A stretch of DNA of 64,000 nt from Eledone cirrhosa (taxonomy: Eukaryota): contig OZ024742.1 in the NCBI GenBank assembly GCA_964016885.1, forward strand, positions 35,092,001 through 35,156,000, in the 5' to 3' direction. Of the stretch, positions 35,017 through 46,655 are shown in pieces. Under the pieces are notes generated by a model that had not been told where the DNA came from, ran no database searches, and saw only the letters and a list, made by a program, of their open reading frames with translations. Made by a program: the position numbers and the translations under genes. Position 1 is the stretch's first letter. Every line of letters starts with the position of its first letter.

Positions 35017-35671
35017 ATACAAAGTAAAAACCTACTACAGTCAGTAGGCATCTCTATCAAAACACACCCCCGTCCCACCACCTCCACCCCACCCACACCG
35101 CCCCTTTCAATGTAAAGTTATGTTGGTCCCACAACATCCAGGCCGAAACAAATGAGATCGTGTAGGTGTCATGACAAAAAACACACAGTCCACGCTGTAA
35201 ATGTGGCCGTGTAGGCAACACGGTAAAAACCTCCCAGCCCCACACTGTAAATGTGGTTGGTGTTAGGAAGGGCATCCAGCTGTAGAAAACCCGCCAGACA
35301 GTCCACGCTGTAATGTGGCCGTGTAGGCAACACGGTAAAAACCTCCCAGCCCCACACTGTAAATGTGGTTGGTGTTAGGAAGGGCATCCAACTGTAGAAA
35401 ACCCGCCAGACAGTCCTATGCGAGCAAGACAACCACTCTTGCCTCAAGTGGGAAAACCCCCGTCCAAACCCATGCAAGCGTGGAACACGGACGCTAAACC
35501 TGATGATGATGATGATGATGATGATATGTATATATATGTAGGAGTTGTATTTAATTTGTTGGAATTCCGGCAAACATAAATGTTTATAACTGATATAGAG
35601 CACTCAACATGTTACTGGAGTAAATATTCAAAGATAATAATAAATGGAAACTATATTTATAAAACCATATT

Positions 35672-35736
35672 TATTTTATTATATATATTTCAAGGGCGAC
35701 CAAGCAAATCTTGGTGCGCTTTCATCAGATAAAATA
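35672..35736 (-). ncRNA. Minimal type I hammerhead ribozyme (Penelope pLTR-type)
   Basis: Minus strand: TATTTTAT-CTGATGA-[AAGCGCACCAAG ATTTG CTTGGTCGCCCTT]-GAAA-TATATAT-A-ATAAAATA. 8-bp stem I, full core, palindromic stem III. Confidence 0.8.
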
Positions 35737-36544
35737 CAAAATTTGTTTTATAAATAATGACATACCCATTGAAATCACACCTTAACGATCCGAAGATTCG
35801 CTGGATAGTATATATATGTATATATATATATATGTATATATATATGTATATATATATATATATGTGTATATATATGTATATATACAGATAAATCTACTAA
35901 TCAATGGTAGGGTCTAAACCGTATGAAGAACTCAATGTAATCCGTATGCAGATGTCGTGAAGTCAAGTTTTAAATACAAAATTTTCAACGATATAATTCA
36001 TTGGATACAGAGTCAAAAATAGAAATATTAAAACAATGAAATTAAACACAAAACGGTTAATTCATAGTAAAACTCATTATTTTACGATCATTTCTGGGGG
36101 GTCCTGTATGTCCATTCAATTATTGATCTATGTAAAATATTACAAAATATCATAGTAAGAAAATATATATACGTCTTCACGACCTGCCGATTGAAGAATA
36201 CAAAAAAACATACATATGAATAAGTAAGGTTTTATAACCAGGTTGAAATTGACCAATAGCTAGAATAGGAAGGGGCAGTATAGATCCTTAAGTTGGTAGT
36301 AGTAGATGAATAAATAGGGGATGAGGTATCAAATGACTTTTAAGAAATGAAAGTTGTTAATGTAAATGAATTTAGACATATTGTATATAAAAGTGTTGAT
36401 GATCAAAGAAGATTATTGTTGGAGGAAAAGGGGTACTGAGATGAGTGTGTTATGTCAAGTAGAATGGTATAGAACCATCTTAAAATGTTTGTTATTTCCT
36501 TTGTTGTGAGGAATAATTTGTTCTAAATATATATAATATAATAT

Positions 36545-36824
36545 AATTGTTTCTACTTTAGGCACAAGGCCAGCAAATACCCAGTGCATTACTGGTACTT
36601 TATTTTATCGACCCCGTAAGGATGAAAGGCAAAGTCAACCTCGGCAGGATTTGAACTCAGATCGTAAAGGGACGTAACTATGCTGCAAAGCATGGCGTCC
36701 GACCCTCTACCGATACTGCCAATCCACTATAATATAATTGTTTCTACTTTAGGCACAAGGCCAGCAATAACCCAATGCATTACTGGTACTTTATTTTATC
36801 GACCTCGTAAGGATGAAAGGCAAA
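36545..36824 (-). mobile_element. SINE A tandem (full + 3' half)
   Basis: Reverse complement of the SINE A consensus (14869-15063). Confidence 0.85.
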
Positions 36825-37229
36825 TATAATATAAGTTGAGGAATATAAATGAAACGAAATAGAAGTGAAATTTAGATATAATATAGATAAAATATTATAT
36901 AGGTAAGAAAATACTAAAGTTTGTGTAAGTATTGTATTGTGTTAGAGTGGTTAGAATGAAGTGTTCCCTGTAGGGAATTATATTTTTGAATAATATTTTT
37001 CTTAATTTGTTCTTAAATTGAGTCCAGCAAACCCTATTGTCTGTAGTTAGTATTTTTTTCCCCTTAGCGATTTTGGTCCATTATGATTTGAACACATATA
37101 TATATATATATGTCTGTGTTCGTTTTTTCCTTTTTGTTCAGTTATATATGGCTCGGAAAAGCCTTTTTCCTAGTGCTAATTTATTGTAATGAGACTATTT
37201 TGAGTTTCTAACTCAATACAAGCTTTTGA

Positions 37230-37286
<57 letters not shown>

Positions 37287-38032
37287 ATATATATATGTAT
37301 ATATATATGTAATTGGTAATGGTGTTGGTGGGTGCAGTGGTAATATTAGTAATAGCATAGTGGTAGCTGTGCAGCAGTAGTGGTGATGGTGGTAGTTGAG
37401 GAATTGCATCAGAATATTTTTCCATCCTGTCCTATTCATGCTAATTAGGCCATTAGCATCTCTCTATAGATTAATTAGAACTCTTGTTTACTTTGTTGTT
37501 TGTAAAACACAGTAAATCAGAACTAATTAATTAACACATGAATCCATATTTGTTTAAGATGTTGTTGTTTAGCCCAAGGTTAGTCATTATCGAGTAGACC
37601 CATTAATAAAGGCATTTCAGCCTTAATCCTCCCATTTCGTTTTGGAGGGAGAGATCATTTAGAATGTTTTTCTAATGTTTTATTCCCTTTTGTAAGGCAG
37701 TAGTGAGAAACCCTGTCATGTGTTGAGAGGACTTCTGTTGTGTCAAGGATATGACAACCTCCCTAGTGCTGGTGCCACCATAAATAACACCCAGTACACT
37801 CTATAAAGTGATTGGTATGAGGAAGGACATCCAGCCATTGAAACCATGCCAAACGGCGGGTTGAGAGGGCTCTTCAGTTGAGTGAAGGACATGACAACTT
37901 CCCTTGTGTTGGTGCCATGATAAAATGCACCCAGTACACTGTAAAGTGGTTGGCATTATGAAGGGCATCTAACTACAGAAACCATGCTAAAGTGAGATGT
38001 GGCCTTCAGTCAGTTTCGGTCAGTACCTCTGA

Positions 38033-38245
38033 TTAACCCTTTAGCATTTACATTACTCTATATTTACTATTGTAATTTTACAGTAAAGGCTTTATCTCAC
38101 ATAATATCGAATCTATAAGATTTTAATATTTATTTTGAGAACAATACCTTAACATCAGTATGAGCAGCTGGTTACAGCCAGTTTGAATAGAAAGAGGTTA
38201 GAGAATACTAGCTGGATACGGCCAGTTTAAATGCTAAAGGGTTAA
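38033..38245. mobile_element. piggyBac-type MITE, intact
   Basis: TTAA-CCCTTTAGCATTTA ... TAAATGCTAAAGGG-TTAA: 14-bp TIRs and TTAA duplication. Confidence 0.9.
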
Positions 38246-38764
38246 ATCCTGACTTGATCTGTGATGACCCACTGAACTCATACCAGCATGGAAGATGTTG
38301 AAAGCAGGCAATTTGATAAAGATTTGATTGCTATTTGATTACTATTAGATTGTTAAAGATCATCTTAAAAACTTTTAGTAAAACATACAGGTCTTCCAGT
38401 GATATATAAATTATTAGTTCAGGACTTTTAATTCATTATTTGAAATTATTTCTGTATATATTGTTGTTGTCACCGTCTCTATAATTGATCTATATGTAAG
38501 CTGATAACTTATGTAAATAAACTCTGATGATGCCGTTTTTTTAGTCTATTCCCGATGGCAGCTGTATAAAACCATAAGGAAATTTAGATGATAATTTTGG
38601 GGAAAAAAAATTCTCTTAAAAAATTATAAAATTTCTGATTTTGTAAGTTCACATCCTTGAGATGAAGCTCTACCAACTGAAATGTGTTAGTTTAATAGCA
38701 TATTGACTCTGGTGCTTTTTAATTGTCATATATTAGCTCTGCATAAACCCTGTTGTGTCAAGCT

Positions 38765-38965
38765 TTAACCCTTTAGCATTTAAACCGGCTGTAACCGGCC
38801 CAAATTCTCTCACCTCTTTCTGTTCAAACCAGTTGTAACTGGCCACTCATACTTGTTCTCAAAATAAATAATATTAAAATCTCATAGATTTGATATTATG
38901 AGATAAAGCCTTTACTATGAAAATATAATAGAAATTATAGAGTAATGTAAATACTAAAGGATTAA
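38765..38965. mobile_element. piggyBac-type MITE, opposite orientation to 38033-38245
   Basis: TTAA-CCCTTTAGCATTTA ... TAAATACTAAAGGA-TTAA. Confidence 0.85.
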
Positions 38966-39060
38966 ACCCTCTGGTAAAGTTTATACCTAATAATAGCAAC
39001 ACTGTTATTATTATTAATATTATAATAAAAGATATATGAAATATATATTTATTTATATCA

Positions 39061-39234
39061 TACAATGTAAATGACAATCAAAGAGTGTTTAAAATCACTT
39101 ACAATCGTTTCATCGTAGCACATCGTAGCACAAGGCCGGATTCATCAGAGTATATAGTCTGGCCTTGTACTAGGATGAAACGATCGTAAGTGATTAAATA
39201 TTTTAAACACTCTTTGATTACTATTTACATTGTA
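39061..39234 (-). ncRNA. Inverted duplication containing a hammerhead ribozyme motif (Penelope-like pLTR relic)
   Basis: Minus strand TACT-CTGATGA-ATCC...CGAT-GAAA-CGATTGT-A-AGTG (about 39152-39096). The inverted partial copy on + reads GGAT-GAAA-CGATCGT-A-AGTG with palindromic stem III. Confidence 0.65.
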
Positions 39235-40719
39235 TTTCGGCTCTGTAGTATACTTGTTATTTTACATTGAGCTATTTTCATACTTGTAATTAGGTAATAT
39301 TTACTATTACCCATATTATATATATATTTATATATAGCGACAATTATTTATTTATATCTCATGGGTTGATATCCTGAAATGTCAAAATTGTAGCAAAGTT
39401 CTTTGAAATGGTTTTACTTTGTTCTGCCATGTTCTTCTTTCTTTGAAGAATTTCAGGTGATATTGTGTTGCTTTTAAGGTTGGCTGAATTACCTACTGCT
39501 GTATGTAGTTGTGTGTGTACGTAGATAGGCATCTATATGGATGTGTAGATGTGTGTGAATATATGTAGTTTATATGTGTCTGTGTGTGTGTGTTTGTAGA
39601 TATGAATCAATATGGATGAGTATCTGTAGTGTGAAAATCTATATCTAATTGTGTATGTAGGTATGTATATATATCTATATGGATGTGTGTATGTAGGTAG
39701 ATATGTATCCATATGGATGTGTATGTGCAGTGTGAGAGTGTCTGTTTCTATGTGAAAATGTATATGTAATTGTATGTGTGAAAATGTATATCTAATTGTG
39801 TGTGTAGGTAGGTTTTTATCAATATGGTTGTATATATGTAATGTGTTGGGAGATATGTGTGTGTAGGTATATGTGTATATGTTATTGTGTTGATGTGTGT
39901 ATATGTAGTTGTGTGTGTAGGTATGTACATATTCATATGGATATGTATATATAGTTTGTAAGTGTAGGTGTATTTAGATAGAACTGTGTGTGTATATATC
40001 AGTAGGTAAATGTATTTATAGTGTTTATATATATATGTATCTCTATATATGTAATTTGTTGCTGTATATATACATAATTGTGTTTGTGTATGTACACAGG
40101 TATGTGTATAGATGAGTGTGTGAATGTGTTATATGTATATGTAATTCTGTATGTAGATAGTTATGTAGATGTATGTGTGTATGAATGTGTATATGTGCAT
40201 ATGTAGTGTGTGTATCATCATTTAATATCCATTTTCACTGCCAGCAAGGGTTGGACAGGTCATCAGAGACGAAGCCATTCATTAATCCAGGCCACTGACC
40301 TCACAGATTGGCAGGGGAGGGGAGACATTTTGCATTGACATGTTCCTACATTCTACATAGTGTACTAGGTTCATTTTGTTGTGGCACCAACACTTTCATA
40401 TGACTGCAGAGTCATCTTAACCTTCCTATCACCAGCCACATCAAACTGTACTGGCTGTATCTTATTAGCTAACCATCACTAGAGACATTGTCATGCCCTT
40501 TACATACTGAAAGTTCCTATCAGAAGATGTAGAAACTGGGTTGAGAGAACTCTCCAGTGTGTCAAGGGTACAACAACCTCTCTAGTGTTGGTGGCACTAC
40601 ATATGTATCTGTGTATGAATGTATGTAGTTAGGTATCTACATGTGTGTGGAGGTAATTTACATGTATGTTTATATGTAGTGTGTGCCTGTATATATATAT
40701 ATAAATATACATAAGCAGA

Positions 40720-41022
40720 AGGGATATTCAATTTGTTGGTAATTCAACAAATATAAATGTTTATAACTGATTCAGAGCACTTGACAGATTTTCTGGAGTA
40801 TAATATTCAATGATATTAAATAAATGGAAACTATATTTATTCTAATATATATATTTCAAGGGTACGAAAATTTTGGTACGCTATCATCAGATAAAATACG
40901 AAATGTGTTTTATAAATTTTGACATAACCAAGGAAAATATACCTTAACAGTTCAAGTTTTCCTTGGAAAATTTTCGTACCCTTGAAATATATATAATAGA
41001 ATAAATATGGTTTTATAAATAT
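40720..41022 (-). mobile_element. Second copy of the hammerhead-bearing pLTR (homologous to 35540-35800) with inverted partial duplicate
   Basis: Minus 40898-40838: TATTTTAT-CTGATGA-TAGCGTACC AAAATTTT CGTACCCTT-GAAA-TATATAT-A-TTAGAATA. Inverted partial copy at 40967-41022. Confidence 0.7.
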
Positions 41023-41025
41023 ATA

Positions 41026-41066
<41 letters not shown>

Positions 41067-41715
41067 TTAGGGGTATATGTGATGTTGAATATGGTGATGT
41101 TGGTGGTGGTCATAGTGATAATGATGGGGATCATTATTTCATTGTTTTGGCTTGCTATCAACAGCTTTGAGTGTGTATGTGTGTATTTGTCTATGCATGT
41201 GTATATATATGTCTTCAATTGTATTTATAGTTGTTATAGTTGTTGTAGTGTTGGTTGTTGTGGTTTTGTAGTAGTATTACTAGCTGCTGTTGTAATAGTA
41301 GTTGTAGTAATTGATGTTGTTAATATTTACACTTGACTGTTGTTATTTTCAGAGTGTACCACTGACCAGTCTGTCTGTCTGTCAGTCAGCCTGTCTGTTT
41401 CTCTCATCAGTTTATCTGCCTGTCTGTCCGTTAGTCATTGCTCAGTCTTCTTAATTTCCTGTACACCAAATTGCTGTTATCCTCAAGTCTGACTGACCGC
41501 TGCTTGTTATTTGCATCATGGTGTATATGTGTGTGTGTTTGGATGTGCAGTGTTTATATGTGTTTATGTACTTATGCATGTGAGTGAGTATGTATATGTA
41601 GGTGTGTGTAATGCTTGTTAAACTTGAAGTATTGGTATAAACACACACACACACATATATATATTTATATTTATATTTATATATATATATATATATGTGT
41701 GTGTATATATGTATG

Positions 41716-41746
<31 letters not shown>

Positions 41747-42413
41747 GTGTGTATGTGTAAATATATTCTCCACCCTCTGGCAGGTTTTGTTTTTTTTCCC
41801 GTAGAATGTCCAAAATCACCCTCCTCACCCCAAGCAAGCAAACTTGGTGGGGTTGCCAGTTTAGTCGCCAACCATCTGACCGAGCACAGGTTGTACTTGG
41901 TTACATGCTACCAGTAGCGACCTGGTATAGGTCGAAGGAACTCAGGAGTCAACGGCCATCCAATGAAATTTTTTTTATTTTTTTTATGGAGTGAGAGACT
42001 CCTAGTCTTCATTAAAACATCTCTCTAGGAGAAGGTCACTCTGATATAAAACCTGCAACTTCGTTTGCAACCACTGATGTAGACCAGTTCTTCTTTTTGG
42101 GTAAATGCATTCAATGTTCAAAGAGTAGGATTGGCCTTTCCTCACTTAAAAAAGCTTGATATGTAAGATTTTTTTGTGATGCATGATATTGCTGGCCATA
42201 GGTGGCAAGTCCCTAGCAGGACTAAAAAGCCACGTCTGTGATGCTCATGCTTAAGTATCAAGCGATGGCATCAAATGATATCAAGTTGCAGCCATCATAT
42301 ATATATATGATGTATATATGTGTGTATGTATGTGTGTTTATATCTATGTATATATGTGTGTGTATATGTATGAATATATGTATATATATATTTATGTATA
42401 TATATGTGTGTGT

Positions 42414-42722
42414 GTAGAGCATTGGCCTTGCAATCGAAAGGTGAGTTCAATTCTCAGACCGGGTGATGTGTTGTTTCCTTGAGCAAGACACTTTATTTCA
42501 CATTGCTCCAGTTTACTCAGCTGTAGAAATGAGATGATAGGGACTGGGGTCCATATCATACCAGTGCAAAGTGGTCGTGGAGGTGCCACGGCAAAAAAAC
42601 ACCCAGCACTCACTGTAAATGAGGTTGGTGTTAGGAAGGGCATCCAGCTGTAGAAATCAAGCCAGAATCAGTTCCCATCCCACCCTTGCAAGCAAGGAAA
42701 AGCGGACGTGAAAAAAAAAAAA
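42414..42722 (+). mobile_element. SINE B
   Basis: Matches 920-1270. Ends in an A-run instead of (TGA)n. Confidence 0.88.
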
Positions 42723-42750
42723 ATGTATATATATATATATATATATATAT

Positions 42751-43730
42751 CTATAGAAATAGTGGACAGCTTCCGTTACCTGGGCGATAAAATCAGCAGT
42801 GGGGGAGGGTGCTCTGAAAGTACAGTAGCTAGAGTCAGAACTGGTTGGAAAAAGTTCAGAGAGCTTATACCACTATTAGCTGCTAAAGGGTTCTCCCTAA
42901 AAATGTAAGGCAGGTTGTACGATGCCTGCATACTAACAGCAATGTTGCATGGCAATGAGACCTGGGCATTGTGTGCAGAGGATATACGCAGACTAGAGAG
43001 GAACGAAGCTTGCATGCTCCGCTGGATGTGCAATAGTAACATACGTGAACGGCAAAGCATAAACGAACTAAGGAAAAAATTAGAGATAAGAGGGATCAGA
43101 TGTTGTTTACTCGAGAGAAGGCTACGTTGGTATGGTCACGTGATGCGCATGAAAGTCGATAGCTGTATAACAAAGTGCAGGGCAATAAAGATAGACGGTA
43201 GCCACGGAATAGGCAGACCTAGAAAAACCTGGGACGAGCTGATAAACTCCGACCTCACACACTTACACCTCTCCAAGACAATGTCACTGGACCGAGACCT
43301 TTGGCGGTACTCAGTAACAGAGAAGACCCGCCTTACCTAAATACATAGTAAAACCTACTCCAGCCAGTAGGCATCTCTAACAAAATACACCCCGTCCCAC
43401 CACCACCACCCCCACCCCATCCACACCACCCCGTTCTATGTAAAGTTATGTTGGTGCCGCGCCATCCAGGCCGAAACAAATGAGATCGTGTAGGTGTCAC
43501 GACAAAAAAACACACAGTCCACGCTGTAATGTGGCCGTGTAGGCAACACGGTAAAAACCTCCCAGACCCACACTGTAAATGTGGTTGGTGTTAGGAAGGG
43601 CATCCAGCTGTAGAAAACCTGCCAGACAGTCCTATGCGAGCAAGACAATCACTCTTGCCTCAAGTGGGACTACCCCCATCCAAACCCATGCAAGCGTGGA
43701 ACACGGACGTTAAACGTTGATGATGATGAT
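42751..43730 (+). mobile_element. 5'-truncated young copy of the intact RTE LINE
   Basis: Highly similar to 34426-35525. One nonsense change (TAA at 42906-42908). Flanked on both sides by (TA)n. Confidence 0.93.
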
Positions 43731-43744
43731 ATATATATATATAT

Positions 43745-45040
43745 ATGTCATGATGCTCATACAGATTATTGCCCATGAGCATTACATGTCCAAACCAATG
43801 CACTCTTCTCTCCTGCACACTACATCAAAATCCTCTTAAACCCAGCTTCTCCTTCAACTCATCCAAGCTCTGCTCCTCTCTCACACTAACATTGCACATC
43901 TAACAGAATATGGTTGCTTCATTTCTCTCCAGTCACAGCCCATGTTTCACTACCATGCAGCTTCGCACACAGACATCATACTGTTGTCCTTTTGTATATA
44001 GGGAGAAACCTTTTGTAGTCAACAGTGGGAATAACTCTCAAACTTTTTCCATCCTATCCTTATTCTAGCTATTATGCTCTCAGAGCACTCTCGTCCATTG
44101 CTAATTATGTTGTCTAGATAGCAAATGCTATCAACCACTTCTGTAGGGCCTTCCTGTGACTGGAATAGGCTTACATTACTGGTTATCTTCCCCTCAGTTA
44201 CTTCTGTGCATCGTTTACACATCTCTTGCGTATCCAAGATTTACATTGTGTACTTCATGTGGAGTTTCTTTCTACTCTCTTTCTACATGTTGAGCAGGGC
44301 CACTTCCCTGAAGGAATCAGGGTCCTATCTTCTCTCCTATTCACTAGCACTTTGGTTTTGGCTAGGTTTACTCTTAAGCTTTTTGATTCTAAATTTTGTT
44401 TCCATAGTCAAAACTTATTTTCTAGGTCTTTAATGGATTCAGCTATAAGGACCAGATTATCTGCATAGGGAATTTCCCATGGGCAGCTGATCTTAAACTC
44501 CTCTGTTATAGCTTGGAGGACTATAATGAAAAGCAGTAGGCTAAGAACCGAACCTTGATGAACTCATACTTGTACCTTGAATTCCTCACTAAACTCATTT
44601 CCTAGTCTCACTTTACTGACAGCTCCTCTGTACATGACTTGCACTGCTATAATCCACCATTTTTTTACACCTAATTTCCTTAAGGACCACCAGGTAATAG
44701 TGGCTTATTTTTCACTAAGTTCTCCTGTAGTTGCCTCACTAAAGAGTGTACTACTTTTCCCAGACATGAAACCAAACTGCATCTCATCTAATTTGACTCT
44801 TTCTCAAATTAATTGTGCTTTAACTCTTTCCATCACTTTCATAATTTCTCCTTGTAACAATTTATGATTGTACTGCTGTGCCAGTCATTGGGTATGACAC
44901 TGTCCTGTATTACTTGATTGACTATGTGGGCCAATAGTTTGACTCCTACTTCTCCTGATGTTTTTAGCATCTCAACAGTTATCTCTGAAAGTCCCATTGA
45001 TTTACCATTTTTCATCTCTTTAATTGCTTCTCTAACCCTA
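43745..45040 (-). mobile_element. Decayed RTE LINE fragment
   Basis: ORFs 44019-44237 and 44839-45249 carry LINE motifs. About 44320-44700 is nearly identical to about 12830-13210. Confidence 0.85.
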
Positions 45041-45609
45041 TATATTATATCTGAATAAAACTCAGGATTGTCATGGCTGGATTGCTCTGGATCATAAGTC
45101 TGACAGATCAGGAGAAACCTGGGGTTAAACATATAAACTACAACTGCAACAACAGAAGCAATCCCTTGAATCAACTGAGGAGCCTCTGTGTGGTTACTCA
45201 ACCTAAGGCTAAACACTATCAACAACAACAAAATCATTCCTAGAACCAACAGAGGGGCCTCTACATGGTAACTTGTGCTGAAAATAGCAGCTAAATCTCT
45301 ATCAAATCACACACTACCATCTTAGAAAATGACACATTTGTTAATGTAGTCTCAGATACACTATGTTTTAATACAAGATAGGATGGTCTTTGCTAGAACT
45401 GTTGAATGAAAGCTGACCTGTGACTAAACAACTACAGCTTATGTCAAGTGTTGTATTAACTAATCTCTGTTAAAGGTCATATTCCTTTACAGATCACTTG
45501 TTTTAACCCTTTTGATACCAAACCACCTGCTCCTGCCCCTACTGCAACAGTACAAAACTGCTAATTTTAAAGTGTTTATGTTTATCTAAAACCTTCTTTA
45601 AATTTTTGT

Positions 45610-46655
45610 CTGGCATGCTTCTACAATGTCTCTCAACACCATATTGGTGCCTGGCAAATGCAGTACCCTAGCTATCAACCAGTATTCTACAAGCAATACA
45701 AATGCCACTGTAGATTCACCATGGATGATTGTGGCTTTACCCACTCTCATACTTTCGCAGTGCTGCTTGCCTCCCATATTACTCTCAACAAGATCATTAA
45801 CATGGCTTGGACCTAAATCACTGCAAAAGGCTAGATATTGTAGTGACCCCTTGGGTCGAGAAGGAGATTTAATGAGGGGTACGTCCTATGGAGACTATAA
45901 ATTGAGAAACTGAAAGTACCCGCTCTCTTACAAAGCTAGCCGTCCAGGAGTTAAGATGTAATGTTGCCTTCTCCCACTTTTCATTTCACCCACACCATGT
46001 GGTGTGAACATATTAAGAGCAACTCTCTCTCAGGCGACTTCAACTTCGGAACAGAAAACCAATAACACCATGTAGAGACTAACTTTTTCTCTCACCTCGT
46101 CGCCAATTCTACAACTAATAATACCAATTATACATATTATATTATTTCAAAAGGTATGTCTTATTTCCAAGTTGTAACATGCACTCATAACAATATAGAT
46201 GAGACAATTATAGACACTTTATTCCTAAATTGATGACCAAATAATGTAAACACTAAATAAAATCAACAAACTTTTATGCTCGTTAAAATAGCATCATGAT
46301 CTTCCCATTCTATGGTGGAAAGGACGTCATCTGGGACTCAATACATAATGACAGTTTCTCCAGTGGCAACCTTGTGCATTCAGCTACAGACCCAGCTTTC
46401 ATTGATCAGGAAGCTGAAGATGACAAGCTATTGAAGTACAAGCTACTTTCTGATAGATTTGTTGGTGAACCTGTTGCAGTGGAGACTTCTAGCACTATCT
46501 CCCTACTCACTGTTATTGGGGTAGGGCTGGTCATCCACAGGATTGAGCCCCACCAGTTGGAAGGGCTATTTCAAAATATCTTCCTTACTATCTTTCAGGG
46601 TAACACTTTCTCCATTTTATCTGATGGGAACGTGAGGCAGATTCTGCCTTGCTAG
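45610..46655 (+). mobile_element. Relic of a restriction-like-endonuclease (CRE-type) non-LTR retrotransposon 3' end, interrupted
   Basis: 45610-45810 gives SQHHIGAW and CHCRFTMDDCG...H...HITLNKII (zinc-knuckle region). ORF 46296-46655 gives FPFYGGKDVIWD...EAEDDKLLKYKLLSDRFVGEPVAVETS...LFQNIFLTIFQGNTFSIL, the RLE C-terminal pattern. Confidence 0.7.
45839..46113 (+). mobile_element. Candidate solo LTR (275 bp)
   Basis: Begins TGTAG, ends CTACA (5-bp inverted TG...CA termini). Higher GC than flanks and interrupts the CRE-type relic. No target-site duplication visible. Confidence 0.35.

Larger units (their letters stand above)
30487..35526 (+). mobile_element. Apparently full-length RTE-clade LINE
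   Basis: 5' monomer array, uninterrupted APE-RT ORF, about 500-nt 3' UTR and (TGA)n tail at 35501-35526. Both flanks are TA-rich. Confidence 0.9.

Noticed and set aside
38524-38575. CTGATGA-TGCC...GGCA hammerhead-like start on plus strand
   Set aside because: The required GAAA after stem II is absent (GCTG), so no complete core.
41340-41525. Possible minus-strand exon
   Set aside because: Stops in all frames within about 35 codons, and it contains a (GACA)n tract.
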